A DNA stretch of 64,000 bases from Parvibaculaceae bacterium. Lineage in GTDB: Bacteria; Pseudomonadota; Alphaproteobacteria; Parvibaculales; Parvibaculaceae. The DNA lies in the NCBI GenBank assembly GCA_947259525.1, contig CAMYLN010000007.1, positions 58,417 through 122,416 of the forward strand, read 5' to 3'. Each line of letters begins with the position of its first letter. The first letter of the stretch is position 1. The notes beneath the pieces are model-generated. The model was given only the letters and a program-made list of their open reading frames with translations. It was not told the DNA's origin and searched no databases. The translations under genes and the position numbers were made by a program. Below are positions 8,940 to 17,972 of the stretch, in pieces.

Positions 8940-8955
8940 ACTGGCAAAAAGCCGG

Positions 8956-9444
8956 TCAGTCGCTCGCGCGGACCCGGATAACGATGTCCACGCGTGAAAC
9001 ACCAGTACCGGCAGGCGCATCCGGCAGGCCGGATACTTCTATTTTTGCGCCATCAATATCCATCAACCGTCCTTCTTCCTCGTGGAAGAAGTGATGATGA
9101 TCACTCACATTTGTGTCGAAATAGGTACGGGAAGAATCCACGACAACCTCACGCAGCAGCTTGGCATCTGTGAACTGGTGCAATGTGTTGTAGACCGTCG
9201 CCAAAGACACAGAGACACCGGCCCCTTGCGCCTGCTCGTGAAGACGTTCCGCTGTCACATGCTGGTCACCGCCCTCAAACAGGAGACGGCCAAGGGCAAG
9301 ACGCTGACGGGTCGGCCGCAACCCGGCCTCACGCAAACGGGCAAGCGTCTGGCTGTAGGGACGTGCCCCCATTTCCATTTCAATCTTGTCCAATTTGGCG
9401 TCCATGCCGACCGTTCCTTCAAGCACATCCCGAAACCCTGCCAT
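8956..9444 (-). CDS. irr: Iron response regulator Irr (Fur family); start may be 9405
   Basis: LREAGLRPTRQR, HVTAERLH, SLATVYNTLHQF, YFDTNVSDHHHFF; divergent from fabA as in rhizobial irr loci. Confidence 0.88.
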   Translation of the reverse strand: MAGFRDVLEGTVGMDAKLDKIEMEMGARPYSQTLARLREAGLRPTRQRLALGRLLFEGGDQHVTAERLHEQAQGAGVSVSLATVYNTLHQFTDAKLLREVVVDSSRTYFDTNVSDHHHFFHEEEGRLMDIDGAKIEVSGLPDAPAGTGVSRVDIVIRVRASD

Positions 9445-9469
9445 TCGGGCAGAACCGGGTCTTCGCTAC

Positions 9470-9486
9470 TTTGTAATCATTACAAA
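9470..9486. promoter_or_regulatory. Perfect palindrome TTTGTAAT-C-ATTACAAA upstream of irr (ICE-like)
   Basis: 8-1-8 perfect inverted repeat just downstream of a putative minus-strand TTGACA (9518-9523) promoter. Confidence 0.65.
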
Positions 9487-9760
9487 CAACTATACAATGT
9501 GGGAAGGCCGGGGCTTTTGTCAAGTCACGAGCTGCCGCACACCATCACAGAACAGGGGCCCCGCGACAGGGGCGCAGGAGTTGGCCTGGTCATTTTCCGG
9601 TGAAATTCAAGGGTTTGCGCGTGAGGCCGGGTGTGTTACGAAGCGGCGGGACATATATTAAGTAACGAGAACCGGGATTAACATCCGGCGGTTACGGGAT
9701 AATTGGCGCGGATGGAAAGCACCATCTGCTGCCCTTAGGGATGCGGAGCAGGCAGACAGG

Positions 9761-10270
9761 ATGTCAGAACCAAAATCAAGCTATAGCTACGAAGATCTGA
9801 TTGCCTGCGGGCATGGACAATTGTTCGGCCCCGGGAACGCTCAGCTTCCCCTCCCTCCCATGCTGATGATGGATCGCATCACCCATATTGCCGACACTGG
9901 CGGCGCCTTCGACAAGGGCGTGATCCGCGCTGAATATGAAATCAATGAAGACCGGTGGTTTTTCCCCTGCCATTTTGAAGGGGACCCGATCATGCCCGGT
10001 TGTCTGGGGCTGGACGGCATGTGGCAGCTGGTTGGCTTCTATCTCGGCTGGATGGGCGCAAAAGGCAAAGGCCGCGCCATCGGCGTGGGTAATCTGCGTT
10101 TCTCAGGCATGGTGACACCAAAAGTGAAACTGCTTGAATACGAGATCGACCTGAAGCGCGTGATCAACCGGAAAATCGTGATGCTCACTGCGGACGGCGT
10201 TTTGAAGGCCGACGGAGAACCTATTTACAAGGCAGAAGATTTGCGCGTAGTGGTAGAAGGCGCAGCCTGA
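9761..10270 (+). CDS. fabA: 3-hydroxyacyl-ACP dehydratase/isomerase FabA
   Basis: [46 protein letters not shown]. Confidence 0.97.
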   Translation: MSEPKSSYSYEDLIACGHGQLFGPGNAQLPLPPMLMMDRITHIADTGGAFDKGVIRAEYEINEDRWFFPCHFEGDPIMPGCLGLDGMWQLVGFYLGWMGAKGKGRAIGVGNLRFSGMVTPKVKLLEYEIDLKRVINRKIVMLTADGVLKADGEPIYKAEDLRVVVEGAA

Positions 10271-10460
10271 TCCGGGTTTGCGACATCACCACGACAGCAA
10301 GGCAAGTTCTTGAACCTTTCCGGCACCGTTGCCGATTTTGTGTAACGGTTCTTGTCACAGTTCTTGGAATTGCCGCATTCTTCGGCCAAAAGATTTGAAC
10401 TAAGCTAATGCTTAAATTCGCTCTGGTGGGAATGCTCCCGCCCAGCCATGGAGAATAGCC

Positions 10461-11678
10461 ATGAGGCGTGTCGTAGTAACCGGTTTGGGCGTTGTTTCCA
10501 GCCTCGGCAATAATTCACAGGAAGTGCTTGCGAGCCTGCGTGAAGCAAAGTCTGGGATTGTCAAATCCGATGAGTATGAAAAGCTTGGCTTCCGCAGCCA
10601 GGTGCACGGGTCTATCAAACTTGACCTGGAAGAAGTGCTTGATCGCAAAACCCGCCGGTTTATGGGAGATGGTGCCGCTTATGCCTATCTTTCGATGGAG
10701 CAGGCCATCCGCGATGCCGGGCTGGAAGAGGCTGAAATCAGCAACGACCGTACGGGTGGTATTCTGGGGTCAGGTGGTCCATCGACCCTTGCGATTGTAC
10801 AAGCTGCGGATATCACCCGCGAAAAAGGCCCCAAGCGCATTGGCCCGACCAGTGTGCCCAAAGCCATGTCGTCCACGATCTCTGCCAATCTCTCGACATT
10901 GTTCAAGCTCAAAGGACCGACCTATTCGATCAGTTCGGCCTGCACGACATCGACACACTGCATCGGCAATGCAGCGGAACTCATTCAGTGGGGCAAACAG
11001 GATCGCATGTTTGCCGGCGGGGGCGAGGAGCTTGCCTGGTCGCTTTCCAACTTGTTCGACGCCATGGGTGCCATGTCTTCGAAATATAATGACAATGCTG
11101 CTGTTGCTTCGCGTGCGTATGACGCTCATCGCGACGGGTTTGTGATTTCCGGTGGCGGCGGCATTCTTGTTCTTGAAGAGCTGGAAGTTGCCAAGGCGCG
11201 CGGCGCCAAGATTTATGCAGAAATTGTCGGCTATGGCGCGACATCTGACGGCGCGGACATGGTTGCGCCATCCGGCGAAGGCGCCGTTCGGGCAATGAAG
11301 CTTGCTCTTCAGAACGTGAATGAGAAGATCGACTACATTAACCCGCATGCCACATCGACACCGGTTGGCGATATTCCGGAGATCAATGCGATCACCGAGG
11401 TCTTTGGCGAAGATATGCCTGCCATTGCTGCCACCAAATCGCTCAGCGGCCATGCGCAGGGTGCCGCCGGGGTGCATGAAGCGATCTACTCTCTGCTGAT
11501 GATGCAGAACAGGTTCATTTGTGAATCAGCCAATATCACCGAGCTTGATCCCGCTGTTGCTCACGCCAACATTGTGCGGAAACGGATCGATGATGTTGAG
11601 CTCAACCATGTTCTATCCAACAGTTTCGGCTTTGGCGGGACCAATGGATCGTTGGTTTTCAAGCGGTATGACGGTTAA
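10461..11678 (+). CDS. fabB: Beta-ketoacyl-ACP synthase I
   Basis: [51 protein letters not shown]. Confidence 0.96.
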   Translation: MRRVVVTGLGVVSSLGNNSQEVLASLREAKSGIVKSDEYEKLGFRSQVHGSIKLDLEEVLDRKTRRFMGDGAAYAYLSMEQAIRDAGLEEAEISNDRTGGILGSGGPSTLAIVQAADITREKGPKRIGPTSVPKAMSSTISANLSTLFKLKGPTYSISSACTTSTHCIGNAAELIQWGKQDRMFAGGGEELAWSLSNLFDAMGAMSSKYNDNAAVASRAYDAHRDGFVISGGGGILVLEELEVAKARGAKIYAEIVGYGATSDGADMVAPSGEGAVRAMKLALQNVNEKIDYINPHATSTPVGDIPEINAITEVFGEDMPAIAATKSLSGHAQGAAGVHEAIYSLLMMQNRFICESANITELDPAVAHANIVRKRIDDVELNHVLSNSFGFGGTNGSLVFKRYDG

Positions 11679-11832
11679 CAGGGGAAACGGTTCAACCATC
11701 ATATGACGTCAGGTATGGCATTTGCTGTGTTTGACAGGTGAGGGGACCTGTTGTCCCATAATGATACAGGTATTCGCTACCTGCCCCTTTTCACGGGTGC
11801 AGCCGGGCGTGAGACAGAACGGATCTTGAAAG

Positions 11833-12696
11833 ATGGCTACGGGGACCACACGCGGAAGCGCATTTCAGTCAGGCGAACTTTTAGCCGGTCGACGCGGCCT
11901 TATCATGGGCGTCGCAAACGACCACTCGATCGCCTGGGGTATTGCCAAAGCCGCCGCAGCGCATGGTGCTGAACTTGCCTTTACCTACCAGGGAGATGCA
12001 TTCGGGCGGCGGGTGAAACCACTTGCAGAGAGTTTGGGCTCCAATCTGCTGATCCCGTGTGATGTCCTGGATGAAGCCAGCCTTGACGATCTCTTTGCCA
12101 CGCTCAAGCGTGAATGGGGCAGCATCGACTTTATCGTTCATGCGGTCGCCTATTCCGACAAGAATGAGCTGAAAGGCCGCTACCTCGACACGACGCGAGA
12201 CAATTTCCGCCAGACGATGGAAATCTCCTGTTATTCCTTCACCGACATTGCCCGTCGGGCCGCAGACATGATGAGCCCCGGTGGCTCTATGATTACGCTG
12301 ACTTATGCCGGCGCTGAACGGGTGATGCCGAACTACAATGTTATGGGTGTTGCCAAAGCCGCACTGGAAGCCAGTGTCAGGTATCTGTCTGTTGATCTGG
12401 GTCGTATGGGCATTCGGGTCAACGCCATTTCAGCCGGCCCCATGCGCACGCTCGCGGGATCGGCTATCGGATCGGCGCGCCATGTTTTCAAATGGAACAA
12501 GGCACACGCCCCCATCAAAGAAACAATCGAACTGGATGATGTAGGCGGGGCCGCGCTTTATCTGCTCTCCGACCTTGCCAAACGTGTGACTGGTGAGGTG
12601 CATCACGTTGACAGCGGTTTCAACATTGTCGGCATGCCACAATGGGAAGATTTGCAGGCTGAAGAGGCCGCGCAGAAAAAGAACGCAGCGGAATAG
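11833..12696 (+). CDS. fabI: Enoyl-ACP reductase FabI
   Basis: GLIMGVANDHSIAWGIA, PNYNVMGVAKAALEASVRYL, RVNAISAGPMRTLA. Confidence 0.96.
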   Translation: MATGTTRGSAFQSGELLAGRRGLIMGVANDHSIAWGIAKAAAAHGAELAFTYQGDAFGRRVKPLAESLGSNLLIPCDVLDEASLDDLFATLKREWGSIDFIVHAVAYSDKNELKGRYLDTTRDNFRQTMEISCYSFTDIARRAADMMSPGGSMITLTYAGAERVMPNYNVMGVAKAALEASVRYLSVDLGRMGIRVNAISAGPMRTLAGSAIGSARHVFKWNKAHAPIKETIELDDVGGAALYLLSDLAKRVTGEVHHVDSGFNIVGMPQWEDLQAEEAAQKKNAAE

Positions 12697-12753
12697 TTTT
12701 GTACCCGCCGATACAGACCTGACGCCAGACCGGTATGGTCAACCGGGATACCA

Positions 12754-13422
12754 TCAGTCCGGCTGCCAGCCGTTCGGTCGTTTCAACTCCAGAATGTCAT
12801 AGGTACTTTCCAGCACCGACCAGGGAAAGATGACCCGGAGACGGCCGTCTTCCAACTCCGTCAGGACGCCCAGCTTGTCCTGTTTCTGCGGGTCAATGAT
12901 CCCGCCTTCCGGCCCGGAATAGTCCCGCTGCGGCTCGTCATTATATGTCGGGGCTGCCAGCAGGATGCGCCGTTCAGCGCCGTCTTGAAACAATCTGCCG
13001 GAAAGACGTTGCGAGCCGGAGCGCTTTTCAAAGAACAGAAAACCGTCGCGCACCGAGACCCGACAATCAAACCAGCTGTAAACAACGAGACCTGCAAACT
13101 TGCCGCCCACCTTGATTGTCCGGCAGGCCCACCATCCCAGAAGGTTCTCATCATCCACCGGCTTCGCCCTGGCGTTCATGACTTTGTGGAACGCGGCTCG
13201 CTCTCCAATGGTTGCGGAGGCTGCGTAGCTTTCCTCGTTCCCCAGCGCAATCGCCTCGTCCATACGTGCCAGCCGGTCCCGATCGAAATCCGTGATGACA
13301 TTCTCCCAGTTAAACTCCGGCGCCAGTCCTTTGTCCGTCTCCTCAGCTGTCCAGGCAGACATCGGACTTAACAAGAGAGTGCCAACCAGTGCGGCGGCAA
13401 GAGAAGCGAAACGAGAAGCCAT
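12754..13422 (-). CDS. Exported DUF4893-like protein
   Basis: Signal peptide MASRFASLAAALVG...AWT; DRDRLAR, WACRTIKVGG, LVVYSWFDCRV, FEKRSGSQRLSG. Confidence 0.7.
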   Translation of the reverse strand: MASRFASLAAALVGTLLLSPMSAWTAEETDKGLAPEFNWENVITDFDRDRLARMDEAIALGNEESYAASATIGERAAFHKVMNARAKPVDDENLLGWWACRTIKVGGKFAGLVVYSWFDCRVSVRDGFLFFEKRSGSQRLSGRLFQDGAERRILLAAPTYNDEPQRDYSGPEGGIIDPQKQDKLGVLTELEDGRLRVIFPWSVLESTYDILELKRPNGWQPD

Positions 13423-13462
13423 TTTCTTTCCTTCAATCCGGTTTTGAGCCCGGTTGTGACTC

Positions 13463-13497
13463 AAAAAGAAAGGGGCCCGAGACGGGCCCCTTATTTT
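13463..13497 (-). terminator. Intrinsic terminator after pnp
   Basis: GGGGCCCG-TCT-CGGGCCCC stem with T-rich tails on both strands. Confidence 0.85.
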
Positions 13498-13555
13498 GTC
13501 CTGTCATCAGCGTTCCGCCAAGGCTTGAACGCTGAAATTGTTTGCCAGGTGCTGA

Positions 13556-15775
13556 TTAATCTTCAGCTGGCTTGCGACGACGCGGGCGACGTGGCTTCTC
13601 GCCTGCATCACCATCGGATGACTTTTCAGCCCGGTTTTCGGACTTGTCATCAGCTTCGCCTTCCTCGCGCGGAATCTCTTCACCGGTTTCCTGGTTGACG
13701 ACTTTCATCGACAGACGAACCTTGCCACGGTCATCAAAGCCCAGAAGTTTTACGAAAACTTCCTGACCCTCAGACACCACGTCGGAGACTTTCGCCACCT
13801 TGCGCTGTTCCAGCTGGGAAATGTGGACCAGACCATCTTTCGGGCCAAAGAAGTTCACGAAGGCGCCGAAATCGACAACTTTCACGACCTTGCCCTTGTA
13901 GATCTGTCCCACTTCAGGCTCTGCAACAATACCTGTGATCCAGTCCATCGCTGCCTTGATGCTGGCTGCGTCGGACGAAGAGACCTTGACGATGCCTTCG
14001 TCGTTAATGTCGACTTTGGCGCCTGTCTCTTCGACGATCTGACGAATGACCTTCCCGCCCGACCCGATAACTTCACGGATCTTATCGGTTGGGACCGTCA
14101 TGGTTTCGATGCGTGGCGCATATTCGCCCAGCTCTTCGCGTGCGCTGGTGAGCGCCTTGCCCATTTCACCGAGGATATGCAAGCGCCCGCCCTTGGCTTG
14201 CGCCAGTGCGGTTTCCATGATGTCCTTGGTGATACCTGTAATCTTGATATCCATCTGGAGAGAGGTAATCCCCTCTTCCGAGCCGGCCACCTTGAAGTCC
14301 ATGTCGCCCAGGTGATCTTCATCACCGAGAATGTCAGACAGAACGGCAACGCCCTCCGGTTCCTTGATCAGGCCCATTGCAATACCAGCAACAGGACGTA
14401 CCAGCGGCACGCCAGCATCCATCATTGCCAATGATGAACCGCAGACGGTTGCCATGGAAGAGGAGCCATTGGATTCCGTAATTTCGGAAACCAGGCGAAT
14501 TGTGTACGGGAAGCTTTCGCGGGTTGGCAGTACCGCACGCAGCGCGCGCCAGGCAAGCTTACCGTGACCCACTTCACGACGGCCGGTAAACCCGACACGA
14601 CCCGTCTCCCCCACAGAGAAAGGCGGGAAGTTGTAGTGAAGCAGGAAATGCTCTTTATACGTACCTTCCAGCGCGTCGATGAATTGCTCATCATCGCCAG
14701 TCCCCAGCGTTGCCACAACCAATGATTGTGTCTCGCCGCGCGTGAAGAGCGATGACCCGTGCGTACGCGGCAGGATCCCGACTTCTGAAACGATCGGACG
14801 CACGGTGTCGAGATCACGACCATCGATACGTTTTGACGTTTTCAGGATAGAGCCACGAACGATTTTCTTTTCCAGGCTCTTGAACGCACCACCAACCTTT
14901 TGGGCGGGGTAAGCGTTTTCATCTTCTTCATTCGCCAGCGCCGCCATTACCTTGTCGCGCGCATCAGCCACCTTTGACTGACGTTCCATCTTGTCTGCAA
15001 CCTGATAGGCCGCCACAAGATCGGCTTCAGCGAGAGCTGCAACCTTACCGTCGATCTCGCTCGTATCTTCTTCTGAGATCGCACGCGGTTCTTTCGCTGC
15101 TTTCTCAGCCAGACGGATGATCGCGTCGATCACGGGCTGAAAACCTTCATGGCCGAACATGACCGCGCCGAGCATGATTTCCTCAGACAGTTCTTTCGCT
15201 TCTGATTCAACCATCAGCACGGCATCTTCGGTGCCCGCCACGATGAGATCAAGATCGCTGTCTTTCTGGTCGTCGATGGACGGGTTCAGGACGTATTCAC
15301 CGTTGATGTAACCCACGCGAGCGGCACCGATCGGGCCCATGAACGGGATACCGGACAAGGTCAGGGCAGCGGATGTCGCCACCATTGCCACGATGTCCGG
15401 GTCGTTTTCCATGTCATGAGAAATGACGGTCGCAATGATCTGGGTTTCGTTCTTGAAGCTCTTGTGGAAGAGCGGACGAATGGGACGGTCGATCAGGCGG
15501 GAGACGAGGGTTTCTTTCTCGCTCGGACGGCCTTCACGCTTGAAAAAGCCGCCGGGGATTTTACCCGCAGCATAGGTCTTTTCCTGGTAATTCACGGTCA
15601 GCGGGAAAAAGTCCAGGCCGGGCTTCGGCTGACGTTCTGCCACTGCGGTTGCGAGCACTGTTGTCTCGCCATATGTCACCATCACGGCCCCGTCGGCCTG
15701 ACGAGCCACTTTGCCCGTTTCGATGATGAGGGGCTGACCGCCCCATTCGATTTCCTCGCGGAAGATATTGAACAT
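13556..15775 (-). CDS. pnp: Polyribonucleotide nucleotidyltransferase
   Basis: [43 protein letters not shown] and S1 domains. Confidence 0.98.
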   Translation of the reverse strand: MFNIFREEIEWGGQPLIIETGKVARQADGAVMVTYGETTVLATAVAERQPKPGLDFFPLTVNYQEKTYAAGKIPGGFFKREGRPSEKETLVSRLIDRPIRPLFHKSFKNETQIIATVISHDMENDPDIVAMVATSAALTLSGIPFMGPIGAARVGYINGEYVLNPSIDDQKDSDLDLIVAGTEDAVLMVESEAKELSEEIMLGAVMFGHEGFQPVIDAIIRLAEKAAKEPRAISEEDTSEIDGKVAALAEADLVAAYQVADKMERQSKVADARDKVMAALANEEDENAYPAQKVGGAFKSLEKKIVRGSILKTSKRIDGRDLDTVRPIVSEVGILPRTHGSSLFTRGETQSLVVATLGTGDDEQFIDALEGTYKEHFLLHYNFPPFSVGETGRVGFTGRREVGHGKLAWRALRAVLPTRESFPYTIRLVSEITESNGSSSMATVCGSSLAMMDAGVPLVRPVAGIAMGLIKEPEGVAVLSDILGDEDHLGDMDFKVAGSEEGITSLQMDIKITGITKDIMETALAQAKGGRLHILGEMGKALTSAREELGEYAPRIETMTVPTDKIREVIGSGGKVIRQIVEETGAKVDINDEGIVKVSSSDAASIKAAMDWITGIVAEPEVGQIYKGKVVKVVDFGAFVNFFGPKDGLVHISQLEQRKVAKVSDVVSEGQEVFVKLLGFDDRGKVRLSMKVVNQETGEEIPREEGEADDKSENRAEKSSDGDAGEKPRRPRRRKPAED

Positions 15776-15949
15776 TTCTATTTCCTAATACGCGCCGCAC
15801 ATTACTCTCTATCGTCACATCCGGATCGGTCTTGTCTGGCCGGATGCGTGGCGCTTCGGTTATGCCGCTTCAATTTTGCGGCCGGATAAAGATCCGGGGT
15901 CGAAATTCGGGGTCACTTTACACTCGCCTCCCCTTCGAGACCAAAGAGA

Positions 15950-16077
15950 GGCAAAGACCCTATTCCGCCGGATCGAACGGACATGTCTCTATCGGCGCAA
16001 CCCGTCTGAACGGGAGGCCTTTTACGTTTACGCGACTCAACATCGTCGAACTGGTTGAGCTTACACAAGGGTCTGCC
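15950..16077 (-). ncRNA. Putative structured RNA element in the rpsO-pnp intergenic region / pnp leader
   Basis: Closing stem GGCAGACCCT...AGGGTC(TT)TGCC enclosing three hairpins (CTCAAC/GTTGAG, CCCGT/ACGGG, CGCCG/CGGCG). Confidence 0.5.
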
Positions 16078-16154
16078 AAACACGAAAAGCGTCCGGTCCA
16101 TTGTGAGGATCGAACGCCTTTCCGAGAGCCGGAGAAGCCAAAAGCCTCCCCCGA

Positions 16155-16424
16155 TTAGCGGCGAATGCCCAGACGCTTGATCAGGTCTTCATAGCGTGCC
16201 TGGCTCTTGCCCTTTACGTAATCGAGCAGACGGCGACGCTGGCTGACCATCTTCAACAGGCCACGACGGGAATGGTTATCCTTGTTGTGGGATTTGAAGT
16301 GTCCGGTCAGGTTGTTGATCCGCTCTGTCAGGATGGCAACCTGTACTTCCGGTGACCCGGTATCACCGGCACCTTGAGCGTATTCTTTGATCAGTTCTTG
16401 TTTACGATCAGCTGTGATCGACAT
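16155..16424 (-). CDS. rpsO: 30S ribosomal protein S15
   Basis: [24 protein letters not shown]...[19 protein letters not shown]; 89 aa. Confidence 0.99.
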   Translation of the reverse strand: MSITADRKQELIKEYAQGAGDTGSPEVQVAILTERINNLTGHFKSHNKDNHSRRGLLKMVSQRRRLLDYVKGKSQARYEDLIKRLGIRR

Positions 16425-16478
16425 CGTGTACTCCTTAATGCGCCGCGAACCATTGTTCGTTGCACTATCTGGTAAGTG

Positions 16479-17417
16479 TCAGCCGTTTGAGAGGTCTGAC
16501 AGATTGAATACGCGGACCGGCTTCAATTCACCCCGTTCATACTCGGTCAGGGCGACCGGTGTGCCGTTTTCGACGGTCAGGGCAAGCCCTTCAATGACCG
16601 GCGCATCACGGCCGCGCAGTAAAATCGCCTGCCCCTGTCTTAACCGGTGCGCATCTGAGGTGCTCACGGCCACCGCCGGGATGTCGTCCAGCGCGGTCTC
16701 AAGCGGGTGCAGATGCGCCCACAGGGATGGGCGAGCGGGCGCACTATTGCCGAACTCTTTGATTTTATCCAGCAAAATCGACCCTTCTTCACTAAAAGGG
16801 CCCGTCGACAAGCGTCTTAAGCGGGTTACATGGGCTTTCGTGCCCAAAGCCTCACCCAGATCGCGGGCAAGGGAGCGGACATAGGTCCCTTTTGAACAAC
16901 AGATTTCGAAAGAGGCTGCGTCCGGCCCTTCAATGTTCAGCAGTTCCGCCTCGTAGATCGTTACTGTTCGTGCCTTGAGGGCGACGGTTTCACCCTCGCG
17001 GGCGAGGTCATACGCCCGTTCGCCGTTCACCTTGATCGCGGAAAACTGGGGGGGGACCTGCTCGATCGGACCCAAAAATCCCTGAAGCGCGGTTTCGATC
17101 CCGCTTTCGGTCGGGCGGACAGGGCTTTCGCCCACAATTTCGCCTTCGCGATCATCGGTCGAGGTAGCCTCGCCCCATTTTACCGTGAACCGGTAGGTTT
17201 TCTCGCCATCCATCACAAAGGGGATGGTTTTGGTGGCCTCGCCGAGTGCGATCGGCAAAATGCCCTCCGCCAGTGGATCAAGTGTCCCGGCATGTCCGGC
17301 CTTTTGCGCATTGAACACGCGACGCACGATGCTCACGACCTGCGTGGAAGTGGGTCCGACAGGCTTGTCGACAATCACCCAGCCGGAAACCGGGTCGCCC
17401 TTTTTACGCCTGCCCAT
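16479..17417 (-). CDS. truB: tRNA pseudouridine(55) synthase
   Basis: VDKPVG, KAGHAGTLDPLAEG, PPQFSAIKVNG, CSKGTYVRSLARDLG. Confidence 0.98.
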   Translation of the reverse strand: MGRRKKGDPVSGWVIVDKPVGPTSTQVVSIVRRVFNAQKAGHAGTLDPLAEGILPIALGEATKTIPFVMDGEKTYRFTVKWGEATSTDDREGEIVGESPVRPTESGIETALQGFLGPIEQVPPQFSAIKVNGERAYDLAREGETVALKARTVTIYEAELLNIEGPDAASFEICCSKGTYVRSLARDLGEALGTKAHVTRLRRLSTGPFSEEGSILLDKIKEFGNSAPARPSLWAHLHPLETALDDIPAVAVSTSDAHRLRQGQAILLRGRDAPVIEGLALTVENGTPVALTEYERGELKPVRVFNLSDLSNG

Positions 17418-17420
17418 GGA

Positions 17421-17891
17421 TCAATCTCGGTCTTCATCTTCTGTCGGTGTGATATCCGGCTCATGCGGCCTTGTCGGCTCACTCGGCGCCAGATCACGCG
17501 CAACCCGGGGTGACGCCAGCATGGCATCAACGCTTTGTGCATAGTCGAAAGTTGTGTCCGCGCGAAACGTCAGCTCCGGCATGAATTTCAAATTCACACT
17601 CCTGGCGATTTCACCCTTGAGATATTTTTTGACCCGGTTCAGCGCTTCGATGACGGCCTTCTGGTCCACATCACCCAGCGGCACGATGAAGACATTCGCA
17701 TTGCGAAGGTCAGGGCTGGCCCGGACTTCCGACACTGTAATGATCGTCGTCTGCAGGATCGGGTCCCGCACGTCACGGCGGGTCAGAATTTCAGACAGTG
17801 CCGCACGCAGCAACTCGCCAACGCGCAATTGGCGCTGACTTGGCATGCGGCCCTCAACAGGCCTGCCTGATCCTTTGCCGCGTGATGCCAC
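17421..17891 (-). CDS. rbfA: Ribosome-binding factor A
   Basis: RQLRVGELLR, VSEVRASPDLRNA, LKFMPELTFRADTTFD. Confidence 0.96.
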   Translation of the reverse strand: MASRGKGSGRPVEGRMPSQRQLRVGELLRAALSEILTRRDVRDPILQTTIITVSEVRASPDLRNANVFIVPLGDVDQKAVIEALNRVKKYLKGEIARSVNLKFMPELTFRADTTFDYAQSVDAMLASPRVARDLAPSEPTRPHEPDITPTEDEDRD

Positions 17892-17972
17892 GGTTCCAGC
17901 CTTCTCTTGTGCTTGTTCGAACGGTTAATGCCGTGCAAAGAGATCGCCCGTCTCAACTCATCAAATCTTTGA

